Source of the DNA: Epiperipatus broadwayi
Taxonomy: Eukaryota; Animalia; Onychophora
Direction of reading: 5' to 3'
Length of the DNA stretch: 64,000 nt
Assembly: GCA_028023455.1 (NCBI GenBank)
Contig: JAQFVV010000011.1
Location: 3,224,001-3,288,000 of the forward strand
The notes beneath the pieces were generated by a model. It was not told where the DNA came from. It saw only the letters and a list, made by a program, of their open reading frames with translations, and searched no databases. The translations under genes were made by a program, and so were the position numbers. Position 1 is the stretch's first letter. Each line of letters starts with the position of its first letter. Shown here piece by piece: positions 1-12,240 of this stretch.

Positions 1-2315
1 TTGTTTTTAATTTTAAAAAATGTTTTCAAAAATTAAATTAATTATTTTGAATATTTGTTCTAAAATTGAAATTAACAGAAACAACAAAAAAGTCAATTGT
101 GTATATCATTTATTTAAATTAAAAGGAATATAATTTGCTAATAGAGACATTTCTGAGTATCAGAATCAAGATGAAGAAAATGGAAAGTAAACTAGCATCG
201 TTATCAAAATAATATCACATTGCTAAACTCCATTTAATTATTCTTTTTTTTTTTTACATTGTATACAAAAATATTCAAATTTAGCATTGTGTACATTTTC
301 AAATACTAGGGTAAAACTACTGTATTAAGGGAATGAGGCAAAAAATAAGCACATCTGTTCCTGCACTGTCTTATCAGCACCCAGTCATTCTATACAGTTT
401 TGAACATGAAAGAACAATTCAAATGTGATTGTAGTGTGAAAAACAGAAACTACCCTTCTTATGATTTGCATAAAAGAAGAGCAACATGCAGTGATTCCTT
501 GTGGTCTGAGAATGTGTCTGGTGCCATATTTATCGAAGAGATGGTACACAGTATGGAAAAAGGGGTTTTACGATGAAGTGTGTATAAATAAATACAAAAG
601 TTCAAGGAAGGCCTAATGAGTGTCAGCAATGAAGTTAAAAGTGCACCCACATCTGATGACAACACTGACACAGATTCCTCTGGATATATAAGTTACAGTA
701 GATTATATAGCAAATCATTTGCAAATTAGCCATGACTCTTTCTATGCAATAATTTCTGACAGATTTTAGCTTTGAAAAATTTGTGCCAGATGAATACCAA
801 AACAACTCACAGGAAAGACAAACCAAAGAATTTGGAAATTTGCAAACAAAATGGGTTGATATTCCAAGAATGGTTAAAGTTTCTGAAAAAAGGATCTTTA
901 CTGATGGATTCATCACTGAGTCACATGAAGATGAAGATTCACATCTGATGAAGAAGTGAAGACAAGGGTGGATTCTTAGCTTGCAGCTCATTTTTAATGA
1001 GTGAATACAAAGGTTTGTTGACAGATGGACAAACTGTTGGCAGAGAGATTACATCAAAACAATGTATTTGTTACTTCTGAAAGTTAAAATAAATTCTATA
1101 GCTAGAATTTTGATAATGTTTGACTTAGCCTCATTTAATGGGATTTAATATAATTTTAAATATTAAAATGCATGTAATATAAAACAGCTTTATATGGAGT
1201 AAGTACCAGTTCCAAAGATATGAAATAAAAATAAAATACAAGAAAAAGAAAGTCTAAAAAAAATTTAACTGCATTATTTTCTGAAAACTTCACTTGAAAG
1301 AAATTTATAAAAGTTTATTAGACTGGGGGTCATGGGTTAGGTTCTTTGTTTGATATTGTACAACCATAAGTAAATCATATTGAAACTGAATTTGATACAA
1401 AAGTTTCAGAGAAGCAAAACTTTATATTTGGGCAACAAATTTCTCTATCTAAGAGGAAAGCAAATGGACCTTGAATGTTCCCTTAAATGGCCAATTTTTG
1501 CGGTTCCTGCTCATTTGACCTATTTTATGAATCACTCATTCATTAAAGTGTTAAAAATAATTGTAAAATCGATATTATTAATGATCATAAAGCAAGGATA
1601 CTGTGATAGGAATAAAAATAAGTACTTTAAATCTTTTTTCCAAATACAGATATGTGGAATGTGTGAACTGTATATAATATAAACTCTTTGAGATCTGAGC
1701 AGAGAATGACACTTGTTGTTAAGCAGTGGTGAAAATGTGAGATCAATAGAGCTGCTCTTAATAAAATTCTTCAAGAGAAAAGAAGTTTAAGAGAGCAAGT
1801 CAATGGTTACATATTTTTTGGAAGGAAAGACACATATAGTGAAAAATGACTGCACGATAAAGTCTAATTTAGTATTATCTGTTCTTGCAATTCCTACATA
1901 CATCAATGAAATGTTAATAGTATTGAAATTGGTTTTTCACAGTGGTATCTATGTTCACTACTCTCATGTATATGCTATAATTTTAAATGAGCATGCAGAG
2001 TGAGAAAGCTTTTATTCTTTGCTGTATAGCATTATTGTAGAAGCAGCATTAAAAGGTGATTTTGTGAGTAACTTTAATCCACATGATGGCAAAAAATTAA
2101 ACCCTAATCAAAACTTAATATAAATAATTCTATTGGTGCTATAATCACAAATGTCAACTGTTATTGAATTTTTGCATGGATTGATTATCCAAAAATTGCT
2201 ATAAAGAGGTTTTGATATATATAATATTTTGTTTAAACTTTGCTAATATGTTATGATTTACAAAGTGTATAATTATTATTTCTTTGATGTTTTTGGTTCT
2301 TCTCCATTCATATTT

Positions 2316-2318
<3 letters not shown>

Positions 2319-2392
<74 letters not shown>
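2319..2392. repeat. (AT)37 microsatellite
   Basis: Uninterrupted AT dinucleotide run read directly. Confidence 0.97.
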
Positions 2393-2395
<3 letters not shown>

Positions 2396-3085
2396 CTAAG
2401 TGTTGACTAGTTTCTAATAGTTACTTATAAACCCATTTAGCCTTGAGAATTATTACATTTATTATATAAGTAATAATTTGGGTGAAATTTGAAAATTATA
2501 ATTGCAATTTGGTAATGTTACAATTTTCTATTTATTAGTCTGCATTCAGAACAGGTTATATTTATCTATTTAAGGAGATTTATTTAAGCTTCTTTGTATG
2601 AATGGGCAAGTTGCAATCTTTAGTGTCTATGCCTTGGCAACAGTTTGAGATTGTTGACTGTTATGTATATTGGGATTGTCTAAGTGTTGACTGGTTTCTA
2701 ATGAATTTACATATATATACATTCTTATAACAAAGACATTTAATAGAACTACATTATAATTAAAAATCAGAATATTAAAAAAAAGCATATTACATGAACA
2801 ATTACATGTTCAGATTATTGGACATATCTAATTCTAATCATATTCAAAAAAATCTTAATGTTCATTCTTTAGAATCAACTACTATTTATGTTAAAATGTA
2901 AGAGTTATTAAATACTAAAATGCAAATTGTTATCATGTTACTGAGGCATGAAATTCTGTTAATGAATAAATATATCCTTGGATTACCTAAAAAAAAAAAC
3001 TATGGCTAGTTCACTGACAATAATTCCATTATTAGAGACTAAATCAAACGTAAATATTCGACATTTTCTGCTTGATACTTTCAGT

Positions 3086-5541
3086 CAGTGTTCCCCAAAC
3101 TTTCAATATCTGTGTACCTCTTTAATAATTTTCCTAATGCTAAGTACCTATCGTCAAAATAATTGCATATACTTTAATTATAATAAAAAAATATATTATT
3201 TTTTTTCTTTTTAGTATATAAAAAAATAATAAACAATTTTTTTTTATTCATAATAAAATATAAATAAAAGTTATACTATAAATAAAATTTATTAAGATCA
3301 ATGAGAAGGATGAAATTGTTTATATTGAGGTGATATATCATAATTTGGTTCCCTGGTTGTTAATTTTAACCTAATATGGGGTTCTACATCCAAAAGCCTG
3401 TTCTTTTTTCAACTTAATGTCTACAAATGCTGAAAAAGCACCCTCACATAGATATGAAGTTGGAAAAGGTAAAATGTATTTCAAAACTTTTTGCGATAAA
3501 CCCAGATATGCATGTTGCTTTTGCAACCAGAATGATGTTAAAGTACACTCCTTGTGTTTATTTTTCAAGAATCCATCTGAAGCTAATTCCAACAATTGCT
3601 CTTCTTCTGCATGCAATAAACCTTCTGGCATGGATGCTGTATTAATGTTAAACAGAAATCTTATCCATTCAATATTTTTATTTAAATCAGGAAAATAGTT
3701 TTTCAAGCCCACTTGTAAACTCTCTAAATGCTGTGTTATACATTTCATAGTATCAGCATCTATTTTAATATTTAAATTTATTATAAATTCAAAAAGAGAA
3801 GGAAATAAGTCTATTGCTAACTCTCTTTTGACATAAATTTAGTTTTGCCATGGTAGCATTCACTTTATCTTGATCGTGAAACAATGAAATTTCTTTTCCT
3901 TGCAATGATAGGTTGAGACTCTTTAAAACAGAGAATATATCTGCTAAGTATGCTAATTTACAAAGCCATTGCCAGTCATATAAACAGTTTCTCAGCTCAA
4001 GTCTATCATTAAGAAAAATCTGAACTTCATATCAAAGTTCAAATAATCGGATTCAAATTTTACCTCGAAATAGCCAATGAACATCAGTATGAAAAAGAAT
4101 CTGAGTATGACTACTTCCCATTTCTTCACACATTTGTGAAAAAAATTATGCATTCAGAGGACAGCCTTTAATGTAGTTAATAATTTTCATGCTTTCATCC
4201 AGAGCTTTCTGTAGATCAGCGGGCATCTTACATGTTGCCAAAGCCTCTCTGTGTATGCAACAATGTGTGGATATGATATTTGGGACCACATTCTGAATTC
4301 TTGCCACAAGTCCTTTTATTACTTCCGACCATACTTTTTGCTCCATCTGTGCTTATTCCGACACATCTATTCCAATCAATTTTGTTCTCTTTCATAAATT
4401 TATTAATAACATAAAAAATATCTTCTCCTGTTGTATGACCTAATAAAGGCTGGAAAAATAAAAAGTCATCATGAATTTCTTGATCCTTTTCATATCTAAC
4501 AAATGCCATAAGATTTGCAATATCAATGGATTCATCAACTTGTAATGCATAATAATGACTTTGAGGAATATCAGGCAATAACGTCTGTTTTACATTATTA
4601 GATATGTCAATGATTCATCAATGAACTGAATTATTTGAGAGGGAAACTCAGTCAAAAATTTGTTTAGCTCTATCTCCTATCATTACTGATGCCATTATCT
4701 TAGCTGCAGGTTTGATTAAAGTTTCACCAATCATCTCCGCTGCACTACATCTTGCAATTAAAAGTGACACATGATATGAAGTTATTAGGATTTTTTGATT
4801 GTCACTTCCTGTCAAATTCCACATTACTTTTTGAGACAGATTTAAATCCTTAAGTTTGTTTTCAAAAAAATCGATGGTTTTATCTTTGTACTGATTGTGG
4901 TTTGTCTCAAAATGATGCTTTAAGTTGGATGGTTTCATGCTTTCATTTGTTAGATTTTCAAAACAAATGATGCAGGCTCTTTTCATCTCCAGTCCATGAG
5001 AATCCAAATTTAAGATATTCTTTATCGTACTTGCGAGTTTTTCTTGCTTGTTTCTTAACAAGTTTCTTTAAAATTGTAAATGGTTCACTGTCATTGTTTG
5101 TTGATTGATACTATTATTCAGTTAAGGAGTTCCAAATTTTGTTCAGTAAATATTAGAGATAAAAATTATATTTTGTAAAAATAATCAAAATCAATAGGAC
5201 TTACTAAAAAACATAACAAACCTTTCCAATAGAAAAATCACGTGAAAGCTAAAAATATGCATGCACACACTGTAACAGTTCAACGTGTATGTGAATAAGT
5301 ATAGCATGTAACACGTTATCTGAGACATAGATCTGGAAGAATATGCATAATCAAAGTGCCTGTTGACACCATGGCTATGCATACAAAACTACACATACAC
5401 AATACTAATAAATAAAAAAGTTTTTTATTATTTTTATATGCTTGTAATAAAAAACAGTAAACTACTTGTTGCACCAGATGCAGTCAAAGTTCGGTAATGG
5501 ACGTACCACTAAGAGTATGCATACCCCACTTTGGGAAACTG
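3086..5541 (-). mobile_element. Full-length decayed hAT DNA transposon, Buster/Charlie group
   Basis: Imperfect TIRs CAGTGTTCCCCAAACT (3086) and ACTTTGGGAAACTG (ends 5541). Flanks CTTTCAGT and CTTTAAAT match 6/8, and the latter fits the NNNTANNN Buster target. Transposase fragments lie inside. Confidence 0.9.
3371..5061 (-). pseudogene. Frameshifted Buster-type hAT transposase (ZBED5/SCAND3-like family)
   Basis: Four ORF pieces in the expected order: CIICFENLTNESMKPSNLKHHF (BED-like), ALQVDESIDIA...GISTDGAKSM (catalytic aspartates), THCCIHREAL (CxxH) and LPFPTSYLCEGAFS (dimerisation domain). They are split by frameshifts and stops. Confidence 0.92.
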
Positions 5542-5989
5542 CTTTAAATGATTGGTGGATTAAAAAGGTAAAAAAAAGGATGTAAATATTCACTGATTAT
5601 GGTTACTTTAGATTGTTTTTTGATGCAATGAAAGCAACATGTGGACTTTAAAAGCACTATCATAAACTTAGTAAATCAATCTGTAGGATTCTCCCATATG
5701 ATGACACTGATATTTTATTTTGACTTATCTGACCAACTTTTGAATAATGATATATTCATTCTATTTACTCATTTAATTTGGATAAAGAAATCCAGCTCAG
5801 TAAAAATGAAACAGTTCATTGTAATGTTAAAAAATGAAAAGATTGATGAAATATCTGGAGAAAATTTTAGATTTGATGATGGATGAATATTAATTTAAAA
5901 AAATATATAAACTCATGAAGTTGTACTGTTTGAGCTTAAAAGTACTTCTATTTTTTCAATTTTTTAAAAATAAAAGGATTAAATAAAAT

Positions 5990-7230
5990 CGCAGTAATTA
6001 TCTAGGAATATTATTATTGTCCACTGTAGCAATAATATTTTCAAGAATTTTGTTGAATAGGTTGCATCTAGCATAAAAGAATGGTTATCAGAGACTCAAA
6101 ATAGTTTTAGGAAATCAAGAAGCAGCACAGACATAGGTTTTTTTTATTATAAATATATATAAAAAGTATCAGAGACAAATAAGGGATTTATATATTACTT
6201 TGATTGAACTGGCCGAGGTACTTGACTCAATTAATCAAATAGTTCTGTAGCACCATTTGAAATTAATTGATTGCTCACAAAATGTTTTGCATATTATGCA
6301 TGATTTTATATGATGTAATGCAAAAAAGTGTTATTACTGTAGTTATAAAATATGAAACATTTAAAATAAAAACCAGTATTTAACAAGTATATATATTAGT
6401 TTTGATTTTATTTTGATTTTTAAAACCTTTGTCTATGAACTCATTGTATGCAACATAATGAAACAGGAATCAAGATGTTGTACAGGTTTGTCTGTGGAGT
6501 TTTTAATTTAAATCAATTATAAATAAAAACAATTAAGTTCTATTTTTTGCTTCTGAATTTTCAATATGTTGATAATAAGTCTAACTTTGACATTTCAAAA
6601 TGTAATCTACAGAATGTATTTAATGTTCTGAATACAACATATTAAAGACATTGATATAATAACTAATGTTCAAAACACTCAAATCTTTCATGAGTCTGCA
6701 ATGGAAAAAAAATCAGCAATTTTTAGCCTAGATAATCATCCACTTGAAAGTATGAGATAATTTAAATATCTTAATAAATTATTAAGTAGAAAGTTGGTCT
6801 TAGATGTAGGGGTACAAACCACACTCCAATCTGTTATTACTACTTTTAACAAGCTAAAAGTTAGGGTATATAGAGTTATTATTTTATCTATTTTTTTAAT
6901 GTGAACATGAGATTTCAATCCTCCACTGATGTGACTTTAAAAGCATTAGAAAATTTTCATTTGAGAATTCTCAATAAAATTTTAAAAATATATTGAAAAT
7001 ATCATAACACCAATTAATATATTCTTCATCTAGATTGATATAATGCTTTAAAGATTACTAATTCAGTCTCATGGAAATGTATGGTAACAGACTGTCTAAA
7101 TAACCTTGAGCATTATTTTATAAAATGTACAGACTCTTTTCATGCTGTTTAAATTTATTTTGGTGTAGATGAAGATAAAATGTAATGGAAAGCTACAATT
7201 AGAAAAGCTATTGAACTATTTTAAGAAAAC
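5990..7230 (+). mobile_element. Highly degenerate RTE/BovB-like LINE reverse transcriptase remnant
   Basis: Manual translation gives collinear decayed motifs: RILLNRL..SETQNSFRKSRSSTD, YITLIEL..VLDSIN, VYRVIILS and LENFHLRILNKILK. There are many stops. Boundaries are approximate. Confidence 0.65.
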
Positions 7231-7394
7231 GTTTGTTAGGAAATAATTTAAAAAACAGCATCATAAAATATCAAATAAATAGAATACTATACCAGCCTAC
7301 CATATGTGGATGAAACTGTAACTCACAGATTCATTCATGCAGTAATTGCAAAATCCATCTTTAGTATATTATTATATATGTGCACACAGAGTTG

Positions 7395-7612
7395 TAAACT
7401 CTCTGTACAGTAGTGCCACCTAGTGCAAGCCTTAGTAATCAATGGGTGCAAGAAGATTTGTTCATAAAATTGCTATCTAATGCCTACTCATCCAATATCC
7501 CCAGACTAGTTTCTAGCTTCTAACTTTCATCAGTGAGGAGTCTTGGATTTGAGAGCACTGCATCTAGATCTTAGAATAGAAAATGGTGATCATGTGAGGT
7601 TTTAGTGGTTTT
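7395..7612. mobile_element. Family A hammerhead retroelement, truncated, with a short inverted 3' tail at the right end
   Basis: Aligns by eye to the copies at 10950, 24954, 29141, 30845, 52154 and 61755. Hammerhead on the minus strand at 7498-7539: TCCTCA CTGATGA AAGTTAGAAGCTA GAAA CTA GTC TGGGGA. Confidence 0.85.
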
Positions 7613-8289
7613 ATACATAATTCTTTTTTAAAAAAAATTGTATTGTCTATATTCATTTGTGAGTCACTGCTCATGATGATGATAATGATGATTGTTTGTA
7701 CATGCTAATATAGTTAAAAAGATAACAAAAGTCTTTATACTCTTAATGATAAATGTTATTTATTGAAAGAAAATGTATCCATATATTTTACCTGTATTTT
7801 TTTGGATCCAAATTTAACATCATATAATAATACACAGTTAATATATAATCCAACATTTCCAATGATTTTATTTTCTCTCTCAGGTGCTTCTGTATTTACC
7901 AGACAGTTTAGATTGGGGATTAAATTAGTGATTTTAGATGACTACTGAATTTAAGTTGTTGCTTTAACCAACTAGGCTATTTTGTCAAAGATAAGATTTG
8001 ATAGAAATTTTATATATTTATGTATGAGAGTCCTTAATTTCTTCATTTTTATATTTTAATAGCAAGACCAATGAGTAGTTTTAAGCAACACGGATAGTAT
8101 TCATTAACTTCACCTTCTACAAAATGAAGATAAAGATAACAGGATGACTCTGATAGATAAGTACACCAAATTTAGTTCTACCATTACCTGTGATGAAAAA
8201 TAATTAAATTTGTTAGAACATCAAGCTGATCTTTAATGTATTACAATTTATAAAACATAGCGCTATAAAAATAAATGCTTATTTACATC

Positions 8290-8380
8290 TTAAATTTAAT
8301 ATTCACAAATATAAAGATCACCAATTTAATTCTTCTAATAGTCTTTTACTAATCAGATTAGCAACACCTGAAGAAAAGAA
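8290..8380 (+). mobile_element. Degenerate Family C fragment (tRNA-like head to hammerhead 5' half)
   Basis: TTAAATTTAATATTCA...AAGATCACC...GCAACACCTGAAGA is collinear with the copies at 9327 and 29691. Confidence 0.5.
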
Positions 8381-8719
8381 AAAATTATATAAATGTTATA
8401 CTTTATACTAATTTGTATGTTTGTAGTTTGATTTTTTTCTAAAACATTTAACAATTCAATTATTTCATGAACGTAGTTCAATATATAATTTATGAGTAAA
8501 ATGCTGGCATTACAAATCTTCAGATAACATTATATAAATAACATTATTTTATTCCAGATCAATTATTTTTTGAAATATTACTTTATTGTATCAATCATTT
8601 ACCAACCATAAATCCAACATATTTTTCTGTTTGGATATTTTTTTTTTTTTTTACAATTTTTAAATTTGAATTCGTACAATACAATTATAATTAGTTGTTC
8701 TTATTAACTACATTTTCAT

Positions 8720-8958
8720 AAATTCTAATTTGACTACAAGTATAATGTATATACTAAACTTTAGATGTAATTAGATGGGATTTGAACACCAACTTTTAAG
8801 CTCCATTCAGGTCATTCCAACTCATACAACTGATACACATGAACACATAATGTGAAAAAGATAAATGATCTCCAATATACATATTTTGTGCTTAAACAGC
8901 ACTCATCAATTGATCCAGATTACTATCTCCACACATATATAATCAGTGCTCAGTTTAT
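8720..8958 (-). mobile_element. Family B hammerhead retroelement
   Basis: Homologous to the copies at 50505 and 55111. Decayed hammerhead at 8871-8914: GATCAA TTGATGA GTGCTG TTT AAGCAC AAAA TATGTATA TTGGA. B-box-like GGTGTTCAAATCCC lies downstream on the same strand. Confidence 0.8.
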
Positions 8959-9326
8959 TTTATGATATCAAATCTTCAAACTTTAATGGATACAAATCAC
9001 AGTTTTTTTTTCTCAGTTGCCTAATAGTTCTTAACTGAAATATTGGTTGCATTTTCTCGAAAACAGAATGAACAAGTATATGAATGTTTTTTTTATATAT
9101 AGATATTTGTGAACATGACAGATAAACTAAATTATGGCCCTTATTCCCAGGAGACTGTGAAATTGCCAGTCAAGATAGCGAAGTCTTCAGCTGTCCATAT
9201 TGATGATGGCATGCTCAAAGCCCTTGTTGATGCCAATTTGGTTGTCAATAAATTTAAATAAAATATAAATAGCATATTCAAAATGATATTACTATTTTAC
9301 AAAAGCTTGCTATGATTTTGCATTTG

Positions 9327-9610
9327 TCTGAAGATTTGTGATTATGGTATTTTAGAATTAATTATTTTCTGAATTTTTCCCACCATCTAATATTAAATAT
9401 TGAATGTCTTTAGACAAATTTAAATTTTATTTATACTTTCCAAATACATTCAACTGTAATTAGTAGCACACAAGTTGGTATTTAACACAATGTTTCTTGT
9501 GGTATCGTTCTTCATTCTTCAGATATTGTTGACCTGATCAGAGACAGTACTTCCATGGGAATCAAACCATGACCTTGAGATTATTGAATATTCAATTTAA
9601 GATAATGTTC
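9327..9610 (-). mobile_element. Family C element (tRNA-like head, hammerhead, AT-rich tail)
   Basis: The minus strand reads B-box-like GGTTTGATTCCC, then AATAT CTGAAGA...GAAA CA TT GTGTT, then a tail ending near CACAAATCTTCAG. The tail is shared with 24229 and 29691. Confidence 0.8.
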
Positions 9611-10949
9611 TAATTTTGTCCTTATAAATTTCTTTGATTTTTAAAAAAAATTTTATAACATATTTTGGAACATATAAATATAAGACTTATGGTCAAATAA
9701 GAGTTGTATGAAGTTTATTTGTATTAAAATTAATTGCAATATCATTCTCAGAATTTAAACAAAAACTGGTCTACTTCCAATATCATGGCTTCTGATTTTC
9801 AATGATAATGTTTTAATTGTTTTAAACCAGAATGCAACTGTTTTCAGAGTACACCAAGTATTATTGCTATTTGAGCCACGTAGTCTTTGATTTATTAATT
9901 AATATTCACAAACTACATATAAAAAATCAAAATAAGAGTCATATATTGTAAGTTATAAACAATGAGGATTTCCAATTCTTCAACAAGGTTTATAATAAAT
10001 GCTTAGCCAGATAAAGCATTTAAAATATCTCTGTCAGGAACCTCCCCCACCAACCCCTGACCATGGTTTCATGCTTTGGCACTTCTCAGAGAGGTGCCAG
10101 GGTAGGCTGTTTTAAATAAAGTATCGTGAAAAGAGAACTATGAGAAATGTGGGTGTTTTTATATGAATAAGTACTACAGTAAGAATGAAAGAAATTTTGG
10201 TCATATATGAATAAAACATTCAAAATTCTTAAATGTTTAATCAATCTACAATAGAAAAAAAATTGTCATCAACTTTTGTCTTGAATGAATATCAGCATTA
10301 TAGTGTGAACCAGTTTAAATATTTTGTCAGATTAAATTATGGAATTAAATATTATGATGCAGTACAGAGACTAATATATTGGTTGCTGCTTTGACCATGT
10401 TAAAGTGTATAGAATTTTATTACAGAGATTTAACTACTTCAGTGAAATTACTTTAAAAACATAGGATTGTTGTTCTGCTAAATTTATTTTTCAACTGACT
10501 TTACATAATATAAAAGCAATAAAAAATTTGAATTGAGAGTAAATAACATTTTGACAACAGCTTGATGATGGTAAGAACAATCAATATATTCTTTGGATTA
10601 AACTTTTAATTGTAAGGGATGTCTTAATTAGACTGAGCATGAGAAATAGATGAAAAGTAATAGACTTCATAAAAAATATTTTATGATAAATTTGAGCATG
10701 ATTTTATGGAAGTTATTAGACCTCATTTATAATTTAAAAATTATGTCAAATGTAAAATTCAAAATTGATTGATTTTTTTTTTGGGAGGGAAGGATCAGAC
10801 AGGATAAAATTCAGTGAAGAATGACAATTTGGTGAGGTACTGAAGTCTTTCAAAAAGTAATGTTCATTACAAAAAAAAAGTCAAAAGATGTCATAACTAA
10901 ATAACAACTAAATGAAGTACCAGACTGTGATATGACATATTTGTGTTTT

Positions 10950-11948
10950 TAAGCAGGCAAAACTCTCCTTACAGTAGTGCCACCCTGTGTCAACCAGAGT
11001 AACCAATGGATGCCAGAAGGATTGTGCATAAAAATCCCCATCTAGTACCTACTCATCCAATATCCCCAGACTCGTTTCTAGCTTGTGGCCTTCATCAGTG
11101 AGGAGCCTTGAATCTGAGAGCACTGCACCTAGATCTTAGGATCTAATGCAACCCTTCAGCAACCACCTTTTATCTCTACTTAACTACAAAACTATGAGAA
11201 TGAAATTGAAGACACAATAATATCTTTCAATCTAAGCTTAATAGCTTATATAGTCATATGGGTCTGAACTCAGTTAAGCACCCATACACTTTGGTGTCTA
11301 TGGCTCTTCGATAACCATAGCCACCACTATCCTATTAGGCAGGATTGGTGTTAAACCACTAAATATCACCATCTCTTATGCTAGCACATAACTGTTATTA
11401 AACAAGCAAAACTCTTCATACAGTAGCGCCACTCAGTGCAAGCCAGAGTAATCAATGAATGCCAGAAGGCTTGTGAATAAAATCCCTATCTAGTGCCTAC
11501 TCATCCAATATCCACAGCCTAGTTTCTGGCTTGTGGCCTTTGTCAGTGAGAAGCCTTAGATCTAAGAGCACTGCACCTAGATCTTAGGATCTAATGCAAC
11601 CCTCTAGCAGCCACCTTTTATCTCTACTTAACTACAAAACTATGAGAATGTAGGCTCAAAAGCTTATATAGTCATATGGGTCTAAACTCAGTTAAGCACC
11701 CATATATTTTGGTGTCTATGACTCTTTAACAACCATAGCCACCACTATCCTATTAGGCAGGATTGGTGTTAAACCACTAAACATCACATGATCGCCATAT
11801 CTTATGCTAGCACATAACTGTTATTAAACAGGCAAAACTCTCCATACAGTAGTGCCACCCTGTGCAATCCATTGATTACTCTAGTTGACACAGGGTGGCA
11901 TTACTGTTTAATAACAGTTGTGCTAAGATAAGAGATGGTGATCATGTG
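10950..11948. mobile_element. Family A multimer (about 2.1 tandem units, periods 449 and 426 bp) plus inverted 3' segment; one insertion
   Basis: Unit starts AAAACTC at 10959, 11408 and 11834. The inversion junction is near 11868. Perfect 13-bp TSD ATATTTGTGTTTT at 10937-10949 and 11949-11961. Confidence 0.92.
11063..11104 (-). ncRNA. Minimal type I hammerhead ribozyme motif (Family A)
   Basis: TCCTCA CTGATGA AGGCCACAAGCTA GAAA CGA GTC / TGGGGA, with a 6-bp helix I and a GUC triplet. Predicted cut between 11069 and 11068. The homologue in unit 2 (near 11517) has GGC instead of GUC. Confidence 0.75.
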
Positions 11949-12142
11949 ATATTTGTGTTTTACATGTTGGTTAATATAATCATCAGAAAACTCATTTTGT
12001 AATTTTTGTATTTTACCTGGTTCATTTTCTCTGTTTTTATATGTTAGAATAGCTATCATTGAGTTCCTACTTTAGCTAATTAATAATGCATATATAAATA
12101 CAATAACAAATTTGAAAAATCAAAATATTAGACCATTAAAAT

Positions 12143-12240
12143 ATCACATGACCACTTTTCTTATGCCTACACAAGCTGTTAAGACAGTAGCAAATTTCTC
12201 TATATAATCTACTGATTGCCATAGCTTATACTAGTTGGCG
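12143..12240 (-). mobile_element. Family A-related 3' end fragment
   Basis: ATCACATGACCACTTTTCTTATGCCTACACAAGCTGTT matches the Family A terminus ATCACATGATCACCATCTCTTATGCTAGCACATAACTGTT. Confidence 0.55.

Noticed and set aside
459-991. ORFs of 70 and 118 aa as a host gene or zinc-finger protein
   Set aside because: No recognisable domain, no convincing splice context, and lengths expected by chance.
1200-1900. Possible Mutator (MULE) transposase remnant (FPNTDMWNV...)
   Set aside because: Only one weak motif. The CxFH and RTNNxxEGWH motifs could not be recovered and no TIRs were found.
9140-9240. Mariner HTH fragment (IDDGMLKALVDAN)
   Set aside because: The resemblance to DDDxLKALVE covers only about 13 residues, too short to support.
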